This document shows positions 42,821-52,716 of a stretch of 64,000 nt of DNA, piece by piece. Below the pieces are notes generated by a model. That model was not told where the DNA came from. It did not search any database and saw only the letters and a list, made by a program, of their open reading frames with translations. Origin of the DNA: Shigella phage vB_SdyM_006; the sequence record MK295204; one strand, written 5' to 3'. The first letter of the stretch is position 1; every line of letters begins with the position of its first letter. Made by a program: the position numbers and the translations under genes.

Positions 42821-43156
42821 TTATACCTCAAACAATCGTATTTTAAGACTAGTTGTATATTTGATTTCTAAATTATAAACTTTACCACTATAAACAACAA
42901 GAATTTTATTTGGGTTTTCTTCACACCACATTATATTATCGTCATTAATAATGTTTAAAAATTCTAGCTCTGAATAACAAGCCCACGAGAATGATTTACT
43001 TAAAAACTCTTTTAAATCAAGCCAATCGGTTTCGTCACAAATAGCAGGACTCATAACAGCAAGTTTGTGGGTATATGTTTCTTTATCACACCAACGAGTA
43101 AAAAACACTTCACGTTTTTCTTCTAAAGGAATAACACCAGCAGTATACCAAGACAT
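42821..43156 (-). CDS. hypothetical protein
   Basis: ORF in track; C-terminal segment similar to that of the next ORF. Confidence 0.45.
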   Translation of the reverse strand: MSWYTAGVIPLEEKREVFFTRWCDKETYTHKLAVMSPAICDETDWLDLKEFLSKSFSWACYSELEFLNIINDDNIMWCEENPNKILVVYSGKVYNLEIKYTTSLKIRLFEV

Positions 43157-43165
43157 AATAATTCC

Positions 43166-43450
43166 TTATTTGATTGGGATGATTCTAAATTTGTATTCAC
43201 CGCCACGAGTAAATTTAACTTCTAACTGAGTTGATTCACCAATGTAAAGAACCAAAATTGAATTTTTATTAGAACGTAACCAGTCTTGATATTCTTCAAA
43301 AGACTTGCGTAAAGATGGGATGCTATTTTTATATCGGCCTAAAATAGTCCATGAGAATTCACCACTGCCCATCCATTTAGTGGAACGGTCATATTTTAAA
43401 AGGTTTTCAATATCAATATTTAACCATGTTTTAAAGTTTTCTTTAATCAT
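43166..43450 (-). CDS. hypothetical protein
   Basis: ORF in track; C-terminus ...ILVLYIGESTQLEVKF resembles ...ILVVYSGKVYNLEIKY of ORF 42821..43156. Confidence 0.45.
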   Translation of the reverse strand: MIKENFKTWLNIDIENLLKYDRSTKWMGSGEFSWTILGRYKNSIPSLRKSFEEYQDWLRSNKNSILVLYIGESTQLEVKFTRGGEYKFRIIPIK

Positions 43451-43650
43451 TTTCTTACCTTCATTCGTTTACGATAAACTACTTTTTCGCGAGTTTTAAA
43501 TTCCTTCTGTTTTTGTTCAACTTCAATATAAACAGAAGCCATTTCTTTAGCTGTTCCACCCATTTTTCTGGCTATATCAACAAAGTGCATACCTTGTTGT
43601 TTAAGAAAGTGGATTTTTATTTTATCATGATTTGTCATTATTTTCTTCAA
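43447..43650 (-). CDS. small basic protein with putative helix-turn-helix
   Basis: MHFVDIARKMGGTAKEMASVY resembles an HTH; basic C-terminus. Confidence 0.4.
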   Translation of the reverse strand: MKKIMTNHDKIKIHFLKQQGMHFVDIARKMGGTAKEMASVYIEVEQKQKEFKTREKVVYRKRMKVRK

Positions 43651-43831
43651 AATCTTTACAGATATCCAAGAGTTTTTTGTTTAAAGCTTCAACAAATTCT
43701 GTAGCTGAATCAGGGTATTCGTTAAATAAATAACACAAATACTCACTATGTATTTCATGGGCCACTTGAGAAACCATAGTCTTAAGTTCTTTATTCATAT
43801 AATCACCTCTCAATAATGTGTATTCTATCAT
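43625..43831 (-). CDS. hypothetical protein
   Basis: ORF in track. Confidence 0.4.
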   Translation of the reverse strand: MIEYTLLRGDYMNKELKTMVSQVAHEIHSEYLCYLFNEYPDSATEFVEALNKKLLDICKDFEENNDKS

Positions 43832-44237
43832 CTAAAATATCATTAAGCATAGGACCAATGACATCCCAATTTAAGCCACCATTAGAACACCCTGGTTTAG
43901 GCAGGAGAACTCTTTTAAAATTGTTATTAGATACTATCTCCATTAATTCTAATGCACTCTTACGTATCAGGTCTTTATCAGACTTGTTATACCAATCATG
44001 TTTAGTAGGAAATGATATTAAATTAATGTTATTATATTTCGTAAGAATTCTGCATACATGGCCGTATTGGATTAAGGATTTAGCCATGATTAAGTCTAAA
44101 TTAGGAACCTTCAACGAAAAGAGACGGGCAATTCCGGCTCCCATAACAGCTCTTTTATTTTTCTTGATATTCATGTTTGTTGTAATGCAAATAGCATCAC
44201 AAGGGATATCAAGAATATTTCCAGATACTATTTTCAT
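43803..44237 (-). CDS. putative macro-domain protein (ADP-ribose binding/hydrolase-like)
   Basis: Motif resemblance to macro domains: DAICITTNMN...AVMGAGIA and LLPKPGCSNGGL; unverified. Confidence 0.4.
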   Translation of the reverse strand: MKIVSGNILDIPCDAICITTNMNIKKNKRAVMGAGIARLFSLKVPNLDLIMAKSLIQYGHVCRILTKYNNINLISFPTKHDWYNKSDKDLIRKSALELMEIVSNNNFKRVLLPKPGCSNGGLNWDVIGPMLNDILDDRIHIIER

Positions 44238-44656
44238 AAAGCTTCTTTTAAAACTTCTATAGCATGCTTAATTTCAAAAGGGATACCTTCTGATGGATGC
44301 TGGCGAATGTTATCGTCAATATGACTAAAATCCATGCCAATTACACGGACTTTATATTTTTGCTCACTATCAAATTCTGATATATTAGAACCCCAAGTGT
44401 TTGATGATGTAACTTCTTTAGTCTCAAAATAAGTACATCCACAATGACAATATTCGTGCCAAAAATCACAGTCTTTATCAAATAAAGGGTGGTCTTCGCG
44501 AAGAGTTAAATATACCGCATAACTCCAATCCGGACGACCATCATTAAATAAAGCTTTATAACTAGGTGGTAATCCTGTAAACCATGAAGTAACTTCAATA
44601 GCTTCGCCTTTCTTTTTATCTGCATGAACAGTGTATACATATTTTTGAATAGACAT
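44234..44656 (-). CDS. hypothetical Cys/His-rich protein
   Basis: ORF in track; CDFWHEYCHCGC cluster suggests metal binding. Confidence 0.45.
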   Translation of the reverse strand: MSIQKYVYTVHADKKKGEAIEVTSWFTGLPPSYKALFNDGRPDWSYAVYLTLREDHPLFDKDCDFWHEYCHCGCTYFETKEVTSSNTWGSNISEFDSEQKYKVRVIGMDFSHIDDNIRQHPSEGIPFEIKHAIEVLKEAL

Positions 44657-44854
44657 TTATTTTACCTCAATAATAGTGAGTTCAGTATCTTCTGTCAAAT
44701 CACAAAAGTCAAAAGCCAATGCAGCAATACCTGGGTATTCTGATTCGTCAATAATACATTCAGTATTATTATTTTTGATGTCTAAGGCTAATTGATAATT
44801 AGACGTAGTAAATCCAAGTTCAAGTTCTTCGCACCATACGGTATACTTTTTCAT
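44657..44854 (-). CDS. hypothetical small protein (tandem paralogue 1)
   Basis: 65 aa; shares WCEE...GF.T..YQLA...ELT.IEVK pattern with the adjacent 64-aa ORF. Confidence 0.5.
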   Translation of the reverse strand: MKKYTVWCEELELGFTTSNYQLALDIKNNNTECIIDESEYPGIAALAFDFCDLTEDTELTIIEVK

Positions 44855-45049
44855 TTATTTTACCTCAATGAGTTCACAATCGTATAAACAACTACACAGT
44901 TCACAAAAAGAATAAGCCGATGCATATGAATCAGTGTCTATCCAAAACCCAAGATTATCAATAGCACCTTTACGAACTTCATAAGCAAGTTGATAATCAA
45001 CTGTTTCAAATCCAATTTTCTTTTCTTCGCACCATACTATATATTTCAT
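44855..45049 (-). CDS. hypothetical small protein (tandem paralogue 2)
   Basis: 64 aa; paralogue of 44657..44854. Confidence 0.5.
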   Translation of the reverse strand: MKYIVWCEEKKIGFETVDYQLAYEVRKGAIDNLGFWIDTDSYASAYSFCELCSCLYDCELIEVK

Positions 45050-45894
45050 GAGTATTCCTTGTCATAATAAGAATCTGGAGTAAAAATATTTAACATATTT
45101 GTAGAATTATCAATAGTAATAATATTTTCCTGTTCAACTTCAGGTGTATAATATTTTAAAAACTCTTCTTTAACGTATTTTACTGGATCACTTTTATAAT
45201 CGTCAGTAGAAATATCAAATAATTCAATTGTATACGTATCAAGCCATTTTTCAGAACATGTTAATCGTCCACATAATAATCCATCATAAACGATAGCATA
45301 TTCAATATGGCCCCATTTATATGAGCTATCAGCGTCGTGTCTGATTAGATAAAACTTAATATCAGAATTCTCACAATCATCACTAATATTGTCACGAACA
45401 TCGTATTCATTGAGCTCGGTCAATTCACTTAAAGCATTAATAAACAGGTTTTTATATTGAGGGCCAGTTACTAACTTATCTTCTGTTAGTTCTTTCTCAA
45501 TAAATTCTTTTAAAGTTAAAACTGGCAATTCATACTTAGGAAATAATGCAGTTTCAGTAATAGTGCCGATATTCAATTCGGCCAATTTCTTAATAACAGA
45601 ATCTTCAGCTTTATCAGAATCAGTCCAAATATGAAGAACTTTAAAATTATGATTATTCCAAATTTTTTGTGGGTCAACATCAATCACATCTTGGGTTTTA
45701 GACAAAAACATTAAAAGGTAATCAGAATCATTCCACCCTACTGGGTTTTCGTATTTTTGAATGACTAGATATTGGAAATCAGTCATTAATGCATTATATC
45801 TTTCTTTAGAAGCTAAAGAAGTAGAATCCATAGATGAAGAAAAAGCTTCAATAACACTAGCTGGGTTTTTAATTAACATTTTGAATAGTCCCAT
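45046..45894 (-). CDS. hypothetical protein
   Basis: 282-aa ORF in track, no recognised motif. Confidence 0.5.
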   Translation of the reverse strand: MGLFKMLIKNPASVIEAFSSSMDSTSLASKERYNALMTDFQYLVIQKYENPVGWNDSDYLLMFLSKTQDVIDVDPQKIWNNHNFKVLHIWTDSDKAEDSVIKKLAELNIGTITETALFPKYELPVLTLKEFIEKELTEDKLVTGPQYKNLFINALSELTELNEYDVRDNISDDCENSDIKFYLIRHDADSSYKWGHIEYAIVYDGLLCGRLTCSEKWLDTYTIELFDISTDDYKSDPVKYVKEEFLKYYTPEVEQENIITIDNSTNMLNIFTPDSYYDKEYS

Positions 45895-46115
45895 GTGATT
45901 TTAACACGATCATGATATATTACTCTATCATGGCTTTTTGAAACTGTAAATCCTTTTTCTTTAAGAATTTCAATCAACGCATCTTTAATGGCTTCATTTT
46001 CTGGAAGCTTTGCGTAATGCTCTGTACTATCATGCAAAGCCAGTTGGCAAATATCATTTAACACAATAGCTAAATTGTGTTCAACAACAGTATTTTTAAG
46101 ATCAGATAAATTCAT
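45873..46115 (-). CDS. hypothetical protein
   Basis: ORF in track. Confidence 0.4.
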   Translation of the reverse strand: MNLSDLKNTVVEHNLAIVLNDICQLALHDSTEHYAKLPENEAIKDALIEILKEKGFTVSKSHDRVIYHDRVKITWDYSKC

Positions 46116-46200
46116 ATTATTCTCACAGTTGCGAATTGATGATGTGTATACTATATTATAAAATAGTGTTTGTAAACATCTAAAATAATTTAAAATAAAT

Positions 46201-46229
46201 GTTTACTTTTGCTGTCATTATGATATTAT
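46201..46229 (+). promoter_or_regulatory. sigma70-like early-type promoter inside a repeated promoter-RBS-start cassette (-35 GTTTAC, 17 bp, TGa-TATTAT)
   Basis: Cassette tgtttacttttgctg...tattatatacatattgaaac...ggagtatattATG also occurs at 60771-60845 and 61096-61168 on the minus strand. Confidence 0.55.
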
Positions 46230-46271
46230 ATACATATTGAAACGAAACATGAAAAACAAATGGAGTATATT

Positions 46272-46616
46272 ATGAATAAGACACAAATCAATGCAGTTTT
46301 AAAAACTTTAGGTTATGGTAATTTACGTTATTCTAATGGTAAAACATACCGCAGAGGAAACTCTATGGTTAAAGGTTTTCATTTAATTTCTACTGGTGCA
46401 TGTATGGTGACTTCACCAGAAACACAAAAATTTAGTGATCTTGTTAATGAGTTAAAACAACATTTTGAATTACAATCATATTATGACAATTGCATGGCAA
46501 TATTTGTGACAGGAAAATTAAAAATTGTTGTTTGTTTAACAAATTTTAATACATACGGTGGCTTAAACCCAGATTATAAAACATGGTTTGCATCTGTTAA
46601 TATTGAAAAGTTATAA
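46272..46616 (+). CDS. hypothetical protein
   Basis: Start set at the cassette ATG (MNKTQ...) 8 nt after GGAG; lone plus-strand gene among minus-strand genes. Confidence 0.5.
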   Translation: MNKTQINAVLKTLGYGNLRYSNGKTYRRGNSMVKGFHLISTGACMVTSPETQKFSDLVNELKQHFELQSYYDNCMAIFVTGKLKIVVCLTNFNTYGGLNPDYKTWFASVNIEKL

Positions 46617-46621
46617 AACAA

Positions 46622-46650
46622 AAATGGGACCGTAAGGTCCCATTTTCAAA
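46622..46650. terminator. bidirectional terminator (ATGGGACC-GTAA-GGTCCCAT)
   Basis: 8-bp stem; T-runs on both strands; sits between convergent genes. Confidence 0.6.
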
Positions 46651-47560
46651 TTAATCTTGTTACAGCTCCTATTCCTCCTCCAGCACCACCTAATCTTGTT
46701 AAATTTCTTAATGAAGAGCTTAAAGAGTTTTCTTCTGAAATTGTATCTATGGCACCAATTGCTTTTGATTCTAACCAATCAAGAGCTGCTTGCCTACCGA
46801 CAGAACCTACCTGCATCACCCTGTATGCGAATGTAACATCAAAAACAGCAATAGTATTATTATCTTCATATGAAAGTTCAGGAGCACCTACCGACATAGG
46901 AACACACCCTGTGAACATGGCAACAGTATGTGGAAGACCGTTTCTATTGTGTAAATTAACCTGGATATCGGCTTCAACATCTATAGGTAAAGCACGTAGT
47001 CCTGTGATTGGGTCTTCAACTGAATTCACCCAATCTTGCATAGCTCGATAATTACTTGCTTCTGAATCCATCCTAAACGAAATTATCAACGGGTCATATT
47101 CTCTAGATAGAACTTTTATATTAGGTGAATTATGATTTTTATCCATCTCATAAGATAGTCTGTTTTCTGGTAATTTGACAGAATAAACCATTAACCCAGA
47201 TGTTGGAAATGCCATATTAAAGAAATCTAATAGATAAGTCCCTACTTCAAATTCTCCTAATAATGATTGAACCACACGATTAGACATGGCTCCTAAAAGA
47301 TATTTAGAAACACCAGATTTTCTCACTAGTTTTTGAGTACCAGCAACAACTAGACTTGATACTGCACTAGTTACATCATTTTGAGATATTCCAAGAAAAT
47401 CTGTATCTATAGGTAAATTGTTAAACAAAAAACCACCAAAATTATCTAAAAGCTCATTAGTTTTTGATGATGGGGCTGTGGCAAAAACAACACTAAACAT
47501 GTTTGTTCTTTGGAAGTCAAGATTGACAGCTTGGCTTTTAAATTCTTCTAATGTATACAT
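46646..47560 (-). CDS. 54: baseplate tail tube initiator gp54
   Basis: 304 aa (T4 320 aa), synteny 29-48-54. Confidence 0.65.
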   Translation of the reverse strand: MYTLEEFKSQAVNLDFQRTNMFSVVFATAPSSKTNELLDNFGGFLFNNLPIDTDFLGISQNDVTSAVSSLVVAGTQKLVRKSGVSKYLLGAMSNRVVQSLLGEFEVGTYLLDFFNMAFPTSGLMVYSVKLPENRLSYEMDKNHNSPNIKVLSREYDPLIISFRMDSEASNYRAMQDWVNSVEDPITGLRALPIDVEADIQVNLHNRNGLPHTVAMFTGCVPMSVGAPELSYEDNNTIAVFDVTFAYRVMQVGSVGRQAALDWLESKAIGAIDTISEENSLSSSLRNLTRLGGAGGGIGAVTRLI

Positions 47561-48603
47561 TATAACAATCCTTCTGCAAACAAAGTTCCACGATTTAGTG
47601 TTAAAATCTCTCTAAACGTTATTTCAAGAGTAAACGTACTTGGTAAATTTGGGGCCATGGCTAGACCATTAAAATGTCCATTAGGAGATTTGTCAAATCT
47701 TATACTAGAAATCTGGGCTGGTCCAAATATATCAGTTCGGCCATCATAAGAAGATGTTTTACCAAAATTTCGTATAACCCATATTGTTGGGTTACTTACA
47801 ACAAGAACATTAGTTAAAAAACTTGTAATATTTTCCAATATTGTTCCTGAAGTATCAGCACCGTCTGGGGTATTAGGATTTATTAATGTTGTTTTATACC
47901 ATTCATCAATAGCGGCTTTAATTTCTTTAGCAAATTTAGACACACCTGTTTCACCATAAGAGAAATAACTAAATATTTCGTAAATATACAAAATTTGTAT
48001 AAGGTCTTGTGGAGTCCTTGGTGTTAAATGCCAGGTAAAAACTTTAGTTCTATTATCCGCTCCAGCATACATAGATCTAGCTGTAGTATAAATTTGTTCG
48101 CCTTTATCAGCCATAATTCCTTGTGTAATCGAATCTAATGCACCAAAAACAGCCGTTGACGCAACATTACTCAAAGCACCTGTTACGCTACCACCACCTT
48201 TAGTTAATAAAGAATCTCCAACATCATTAAATCTATGAGAAATGTTATCTACGTCAGATTGACTTCTTGGCATTAATATATTAGCAACAGATTCTTGACT
48301 AAAGGTGGTTGTCCCACCTTTTTTAGAAAAATCAATATTAATTGCGTCAACGGCATTTTGTTTTTTTCTAAAGTCTCTTAATGAGCCTGTATCGCGTGCA
48401 TTATAATTATATGCAGTAAATAACAGCCCGTTTTTATATAAGTCATTAAGTCTAAAATCTAAAGCATTATCTGTACCAGAGGCTCGTTCTGCTGGAAACT
48501 GAGCCACTAATGTTTTGGTTTGAGTATTTGTTGGATTAGAAGACCCAGCAGATATTTTTGTTCCTATTTTCTCTACTTCTTCATCCAGAACTTTTATTTT
48601 CAT
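47560..48603 (-). CDS. 48: baseplate tail tube junction protein gp48
   Basis: 347 aa (T4 364 aa), synteny. Confidence 0.65.
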   Translation of the reverse strand: MKIKVLDEEVEKIGTKISAGSSNPTNTQTKTLVAQFPAERASGTDNALDFRLNDLYKNGLLFTAYNYNARDTGSLRDFRKKQNAVDAINIDFSKKGGTTTFSQESVANILMPRSQSDVDNISHRFNDVGDSLLTKGGGSVTGALSNVASTAVFGALDSITQGIMADKGEQIYTTARSMYAGADNRTKVFTWHLTPRTPQDLIQILYIYEIFSYFSYGETGVSKFAKEIKAAIDEWYKTTLINPNTPDGADTSGTILENITSFLTNVLVVSNPTIWVIRNFGKTSSYDGRTDIFGPAQISSIRFDKSPNGHFNGLAMAPNLPSTFTLEITFREILTLNRGTLFAEGLL

Positions 48604-50324
48604 TAATTAACCTCTAAAGCTTTATACATGCCAGGAGCAGCATATCCTGTTACAGGATTTTGTTGAATAACAGTCTTATTATTAGCTACATTGTTTTGGA
48701 CATTAGCTGTATTTGTGGTCGTTTGAGATGATGTTTCTGTTGTTTCTATATTATTGATATTTTCTGCACTTGTGTAAGCTTGAGATTCTTTAGGATCTTC
48801 AGGTTTAATAGATGGGATCTGCTCTAATAACAAATCTGATCTATCTAATGCATCTATTCCTAATTTATAATAATCCGAATCGACTTCAACATCTTGGTTA
48901 TCAACAATAGAACTTGCAAGTTCTCTTAATTCGCCAGCTATTTTAGTTAAAGCCTCTGGGTTATTTCTATGAGCTTCAGATAAGGCCATTAATTGATTTA
49001 ATCTAGCTTCAGTTTTTACTTGTTCTTCTATATCGCCCATTTCTGGTGCAGATTCATCTTGCTTTTTAGCTAAAGCAATAGCCCTATCAGCATCTTCTCT
49101 ACTTATAACATTATTTTTTACATAAGTGTTTGCAGCTTCTTCTATAGACCCACCTGTAAATCTTGCTCTAGCTTTTATCATTGATAAATAGCCTTCATCA
49201 TCACTTTTGGCGGTATTTCTAATGTCGTTACCACGAACTTTAGCCATTAACTTAAGTTCATCTTCGTTAGGCATATAACCTGTATTTTTATTATATGCTT
49301 CTATAGTTGCAACTTCTAATTCGTCAGCCCAGTCGTCCTGCCCTATAGCTCGTAATAATGAAGATAACATTTTTCCTAATGCGTACTGTAAGCCTTGTAA
49401 AAGATTTTCTAAAACGTTTACCATACCTTTTACAATGGCTAATGCTAAATTACCAAAATCGCCTTCTTTCCAGAATTTTTTGACATCTTCTAGTGTAGCA
49501 AATATAGAACGCAATATCGGGGCTAGTGGTCCAAGTTTTTCTTCAAAATCGTCAAAGGCTTCATTAAATAATTTACCCCAATATTTAAAATGAATCATTA
49601 TAAGGTCCATAGCTAATACTATAGCCAACATTATTGCTGCCCATTTGGCAGCAAACAACGCCGCTGTTACAGTGTATTTAAACAACATATCAGCTATTCT
49701 GTTTGTCATCCCATAAGCAGATTTGAACCCAGTTTTAACATTTTTATTTAAAGAATTTAAAACTTTAGATAAAGAGTCTTTTTCTTTATTGTCATCTTTA
49801 GGTTCTTTCTTTTTCTTCTCTTCTTCTGGGACCGGTGCTCTATCGACGTCATCTCTTCTAATAACAAGGTCTTTAATAGCAGATTCTAGTTTATTATCTT
49901 CAACCGGAACAGGGAGTTTAGAAAAAGCTTCTTCGGTCTCAGAAACTTCTGGTTCTACAATTTCCTGTTTTTCTGGTTTAAATTTTTCTTTTAACATATT
50001 ACTTAATTTAGATATGTTCGAAGAAAAAGAATTTGATAATTTAGAATTACTTGTTGCTAAGTCTTTTAAGTTATTATTTGTTTCTTGACTAGAATCTATT
50101 AATAACTCAACACCAGCTTGAACATCTTCTACAGAAGAAACAACTTTAGAAGTCCCAGATTCTACGGTTTCTGCAACTAGCTCAATACCATTTGATAAGT
50201 CATCTAAAGAATCAGAAACATTAAGCATAGAGTTAGCAACATTTTCTTGGCCTTTAGATTCTTTAGATATTTTATTTTTTTCTTCTATTACTTTATTTCT
50301 TCTAAACGAATCAGGTGTTTTCAT
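48603..50324 (-). CDS. 29: baseplate hub / tail length determinant (tape measure) gp29
   Basis: 573 aa (T4 590 aa), low-complexity coiled-coil-rich, synteny. Confidence 0.7.
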   Translation of the reverse strand: MKTPDSFRRNKVIEEKNKISKESKGQENVANSMLNVSDSLDDLSNGIELVAETVESGTSKVVSSVEDVQAGVELLIDSSQETNNNLKDLATSNSKLSNSFSSNISKLSNMLKEKFKPEKQEIVEPEVSETEEAFSKLPVPVEDNKLESAIKDLVIRRDDVDRAPVPEEEKKKKEPKDDNKEKDSLSKVLNSLNKNVKTGFKSAYGMTNRIADMLFKYTVTAALFAAKWAAIMLAIVLAMDLIMIHFKYWGKLFNEAFDDFEEKLGPLAPILRSIFATLEDVKKFWKEGDFGNLALAIVKGMVNVLENLLQGLQYALGKMLSSLLRAIGQDDWADELEVATIEAYNKNTGYMPNEDELKLMAKVRGNDIRNTAKSDDEGYLSMIKARARFTGGSIEEAANTYVKNNVISREDADRAIALAKKQDESAPEMGDIEEQVKTEARLNQLMALSEAHRNNPEALTKIAGELRELASSIVDNQDVEVDSDYYKLGIDALDRSDLLLEQIPSIKPEDPKESQAYTSAENINNIETTETSSQTTTNTANVQNNVANNKTVIQQNPVTGYAAPGMYKALEVN

Positions 50325-50829
50325 TTTGGAATAATCCTAATATGTCGTCGCCATAAACAACTTTGTCTTCAAGGTTTATAGCAATACTTTTTCCAAGTTC
50401 ATCAGCCCATTTATACACAAAAGCTGGCATACTACCAAAATCAACTTTTTCTAAACATAATGTTTCTAAAAGTTCTTTAGCTGAAGTGAATCTTTCTCCT
50501 GGTAATATGTCTCTAAATTTATATTCTTTTCCTTGATAAGTAAATTTAGGTGTTGGTAATAGATAAACATCATTTATTGAGTAAGTTTTATCTTTATATA
50601 CGAATGTGTCTGTACATTTACCATTAAATTCGGCTAAATGAAGCAAGACTAAATGAGCTTCTTTAAATGACAAATTTTTATCTACAGAATCAAGAACTAT
50701 TTTTAAAGTATCTTCTGGAGATTTAGCTTCTTTGAATTTGTCATAATAATTAAGTCCGAGTTTAGGAATTGTTAATTCTTTTCCATTTATATTAATCTTC
50801 TTCAGTGGAAGAATTATCTTTAATTTCAT
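50311..50829 (-). CDS. 28: baseplate hub distal subunit gp28
   Basis: 172 aa (T4 177 aa), synteny. Confidence 0.65.
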   Translation of the reverse strand: MKLKIILPLKKININGKELTIPKLGLNYYDKFKEAKSPEDTLKIVLDSVDKNLSFKEAHLVLLHLAEFNGKCTDTFVYKDKTYSINDVYLLPTPKFTYQGKEYKFRDILPGERFTSAKELLETLCLEKVDFGSMPAFVYKWADELGKSIAINLEDKVVYGDDILGLFQNENT

Positions 50830-51937
50830 TTTTTACCTTAATATGATCTACTGGTTTAAGAATTTTACTATTACTGAACATGTAAATATGTGTAAAACTC
50901 TGATTATTAGACATTTCATGTATAACAGAATCTACATAAAAAGTACTTAAGAACTGATTCTTAGGGTCATAGAATTCTAATTTATTTCCAGGCGTTATAT
51001 CAAAATCCCCATAAGTTGTACATTTTGCATAGGAATCATATTGAGCCATTGTATTTAATTTAGTCGCTTCTTCATACCCATTTCTAAATAACTGATCTGA
51101 ATACCCGCCATTTCTCGAAACTAAAATAGAATTTTCGCCATTTCCATTCACTATCCTAGTACAAGTTTTATCAATCATACTAAAAGAATATATAGTCGAG
51201 TTTTCGTATGGGTTTCTATTATGAGAATTTGTTTTTGTTATCCATTCAAAATCATATGCAAGTGGATATTCAAGTTGATCTGCAAATTGTCCAACCATTA
51301 ACGGTTCTCCGACTACCATTTCCTTAACTTTTGAATTAATGATTTGTTGGAAATCTGTGACGTGGATCCCATTAAAATCATCCCAAACCAAAGCAAACAT
51401 ATCAGATGCAACAGAAATACCAGTATCTCTAACATAGTCCATATATTCCTTAATTCCAAGAACCCATGGAACTAAAGGAACGTGAATATTCGTGCCAGTG
51501 ATCGTAGGTTTCAATAAAGGGGTGTCGGTATATAAAACATTTATCATTTCTTCTATAGTCTCTGTGGCGTTCTTGAAGAACACTCGACTAAATTTAAGAT
51601 TTTTATTTTTATACGGTGGAATCAATTGCATTGTAATAATGTTATCGCCTTTTTGATCAACTGATACAGAAGAATATTTTACGGCATAAATTCTATTTTT
51701 AGTTATTGATGTATTTGCATTACCTACAGAAATTTGGATTATTTGGTCTCCATCTAATTTAGTATGCATATTTTTATGATCGTAAATTTGTAACATCCCT
51801 TCGTTGGTCCCGTATAAATCATCTCTAATTGTCAACGAAGTAAAAGTTCCTGCTAATTCTATAAATCGGTTTTCTAACCAAGCATCATAACTTTGGTATA
51901 ATTTTATCGATATATTAGGATAACCCACCTTTTGCAT
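50792..51937 (-). CDS. 27: baseplate hub subunit gp27
   Basis: 381 aa (T4 391 aa), synteny. Confidence 0.7.
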   Translation of the reverse strand: MQKVGYPNISIKLYQSYDAWLENRFIELAGTFTSLTIRDDLYGTNEGMLQIYDHKNMHTKLDGDQIIQISVGNANTSITKNRIYAVKYSSVSVDQKGDNIITMQLIPPYKNKNLKFSRVFFKNATETIEEMINVLYTDTPLLKPTITGTNIHVPLVPWVLGIKEYMDYVRDTGISVASDMFALVWDDFNGIHVTDFQQIINSKVKEMVVGEPLMVGQFADQLEYPLAYDFEWITKTNSHNRNPYENSTIYSFSMIDKTCTRIVNGNGENSILVSRNGGYSDQLFRNGYEEATKLNTMAQYDSYAKCTTYGDFDITPGNKLEFYDPKNQFLSTFYVDSVIHEMSNNQSFTHIYMFSNSKILKPVDHIKVKNEIKDNSSTEED

Positions 51938-52688
51938 GTTTTTTGTCCTTTAAATCTTTTTCTATTAATGCTAATGTGATTGTCCTGTTCATTGGGGTCA
52001 TTTTCTCTATATCGTTTAGAGAATAGCCTTGTTTAACCATGATATGATTAATTTTATAAAATGCTATAATTTCCTCTTCAGACAAAATTATTTTAAACAG
52101 GTCTAAAATGTTTCTATATACCATTTCGTGAGTATCACAACAACTAAATTTAACAGGGATATAAATTGGATATATCTCTTTTATTATTTGTTCAAAATCA
52201 TCTAGAGAAATAACAGACATAACAAGATTTTTATTCTCTTGGTCTAAATCTTCCCATATATAAGAACCATTATTGTCTTCAATTTTATATATACAGCTGT
52301 CAAATAATTTTTTTATATCAGTTGTCATTATATCTGTAAAATCAAAATGAATTTTTATTCCTGAAGTTTCTAGAACAGGTCTTTTAAGTCTTTTCAATTC
52401 TAAGTTTAAAAAGGTCTTCTTTTCTTTACCACATTTAGGGCATTTAAAACGTATAGGAAGAACAGATTTACCAATAGATGAAGTAAACCAAATTATAAAT
52501 GCATAAGCTCTATATATTTTTGGCATATAAGGAAATGACTCTTCTAATAATTCATCTAGTATTTGTTCTGCTTCTTCTTGATTTTTTTCTATTTCACTCC
52601 GTACAAATAATAATTGTAAATAATCATCATTAGTAAACTGACGAATTCTGTATGTTTTTTCTGGTGTGACTATTCTTATTATGTTCAT
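51915..52688 (-). CDS. 51: baseplate hub assembly protein gp51
   Basis: 257 aa (T4 249 aa), synteny, divergent from gene 26. Confidence 0.6.
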   Translation of the reverse strand: MNIIRIVTPEKTYRIRQFTNDDYLQLLFVRSEIEKNQEEAEQILDELLEESFPYMPKIYRAYAFIIWFTSSIGKSVLPIRFKCPKCGKEKKTFLNLELKRLKRPVLETSGIKIHFDFTDIMTTDIKKLFDSCIYKIEDNNGSYIWEDLDQENKNLVMSVISLDDFEQIIKEIYPIYIPVKFSCCDTHEMVYRNILDLFKIILSEEEIIAFYKINHIMVKQGYSLNDIEKMTPMNRTITLALIEKDLKDKKHAKGGLS

Positions 52689-52704
52689 AGTGTCTCCTCT
52701 TATT

Positions 52705-52712
52705 TATTTATA
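52705..52712 (-). promoter_or_regulatory. T4-type late promoter TATAAATA on minus strand (gene 51-27-28-29-48-54)
   Basis: Exact TATAAATA on minus strand, overlapping the divergent plus-strand late promoter. Confidence 0.55.
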
Positions 52713-52716
52713 AATA
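52709..52716 (+). promoter_or_regulatory. T4-type late promoter TATAAATA (gene 26-25)
   Basis: Exact TATAAATA on plus strand 18 nt upstream of gene 26 ATG. Confidence 0.55.
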
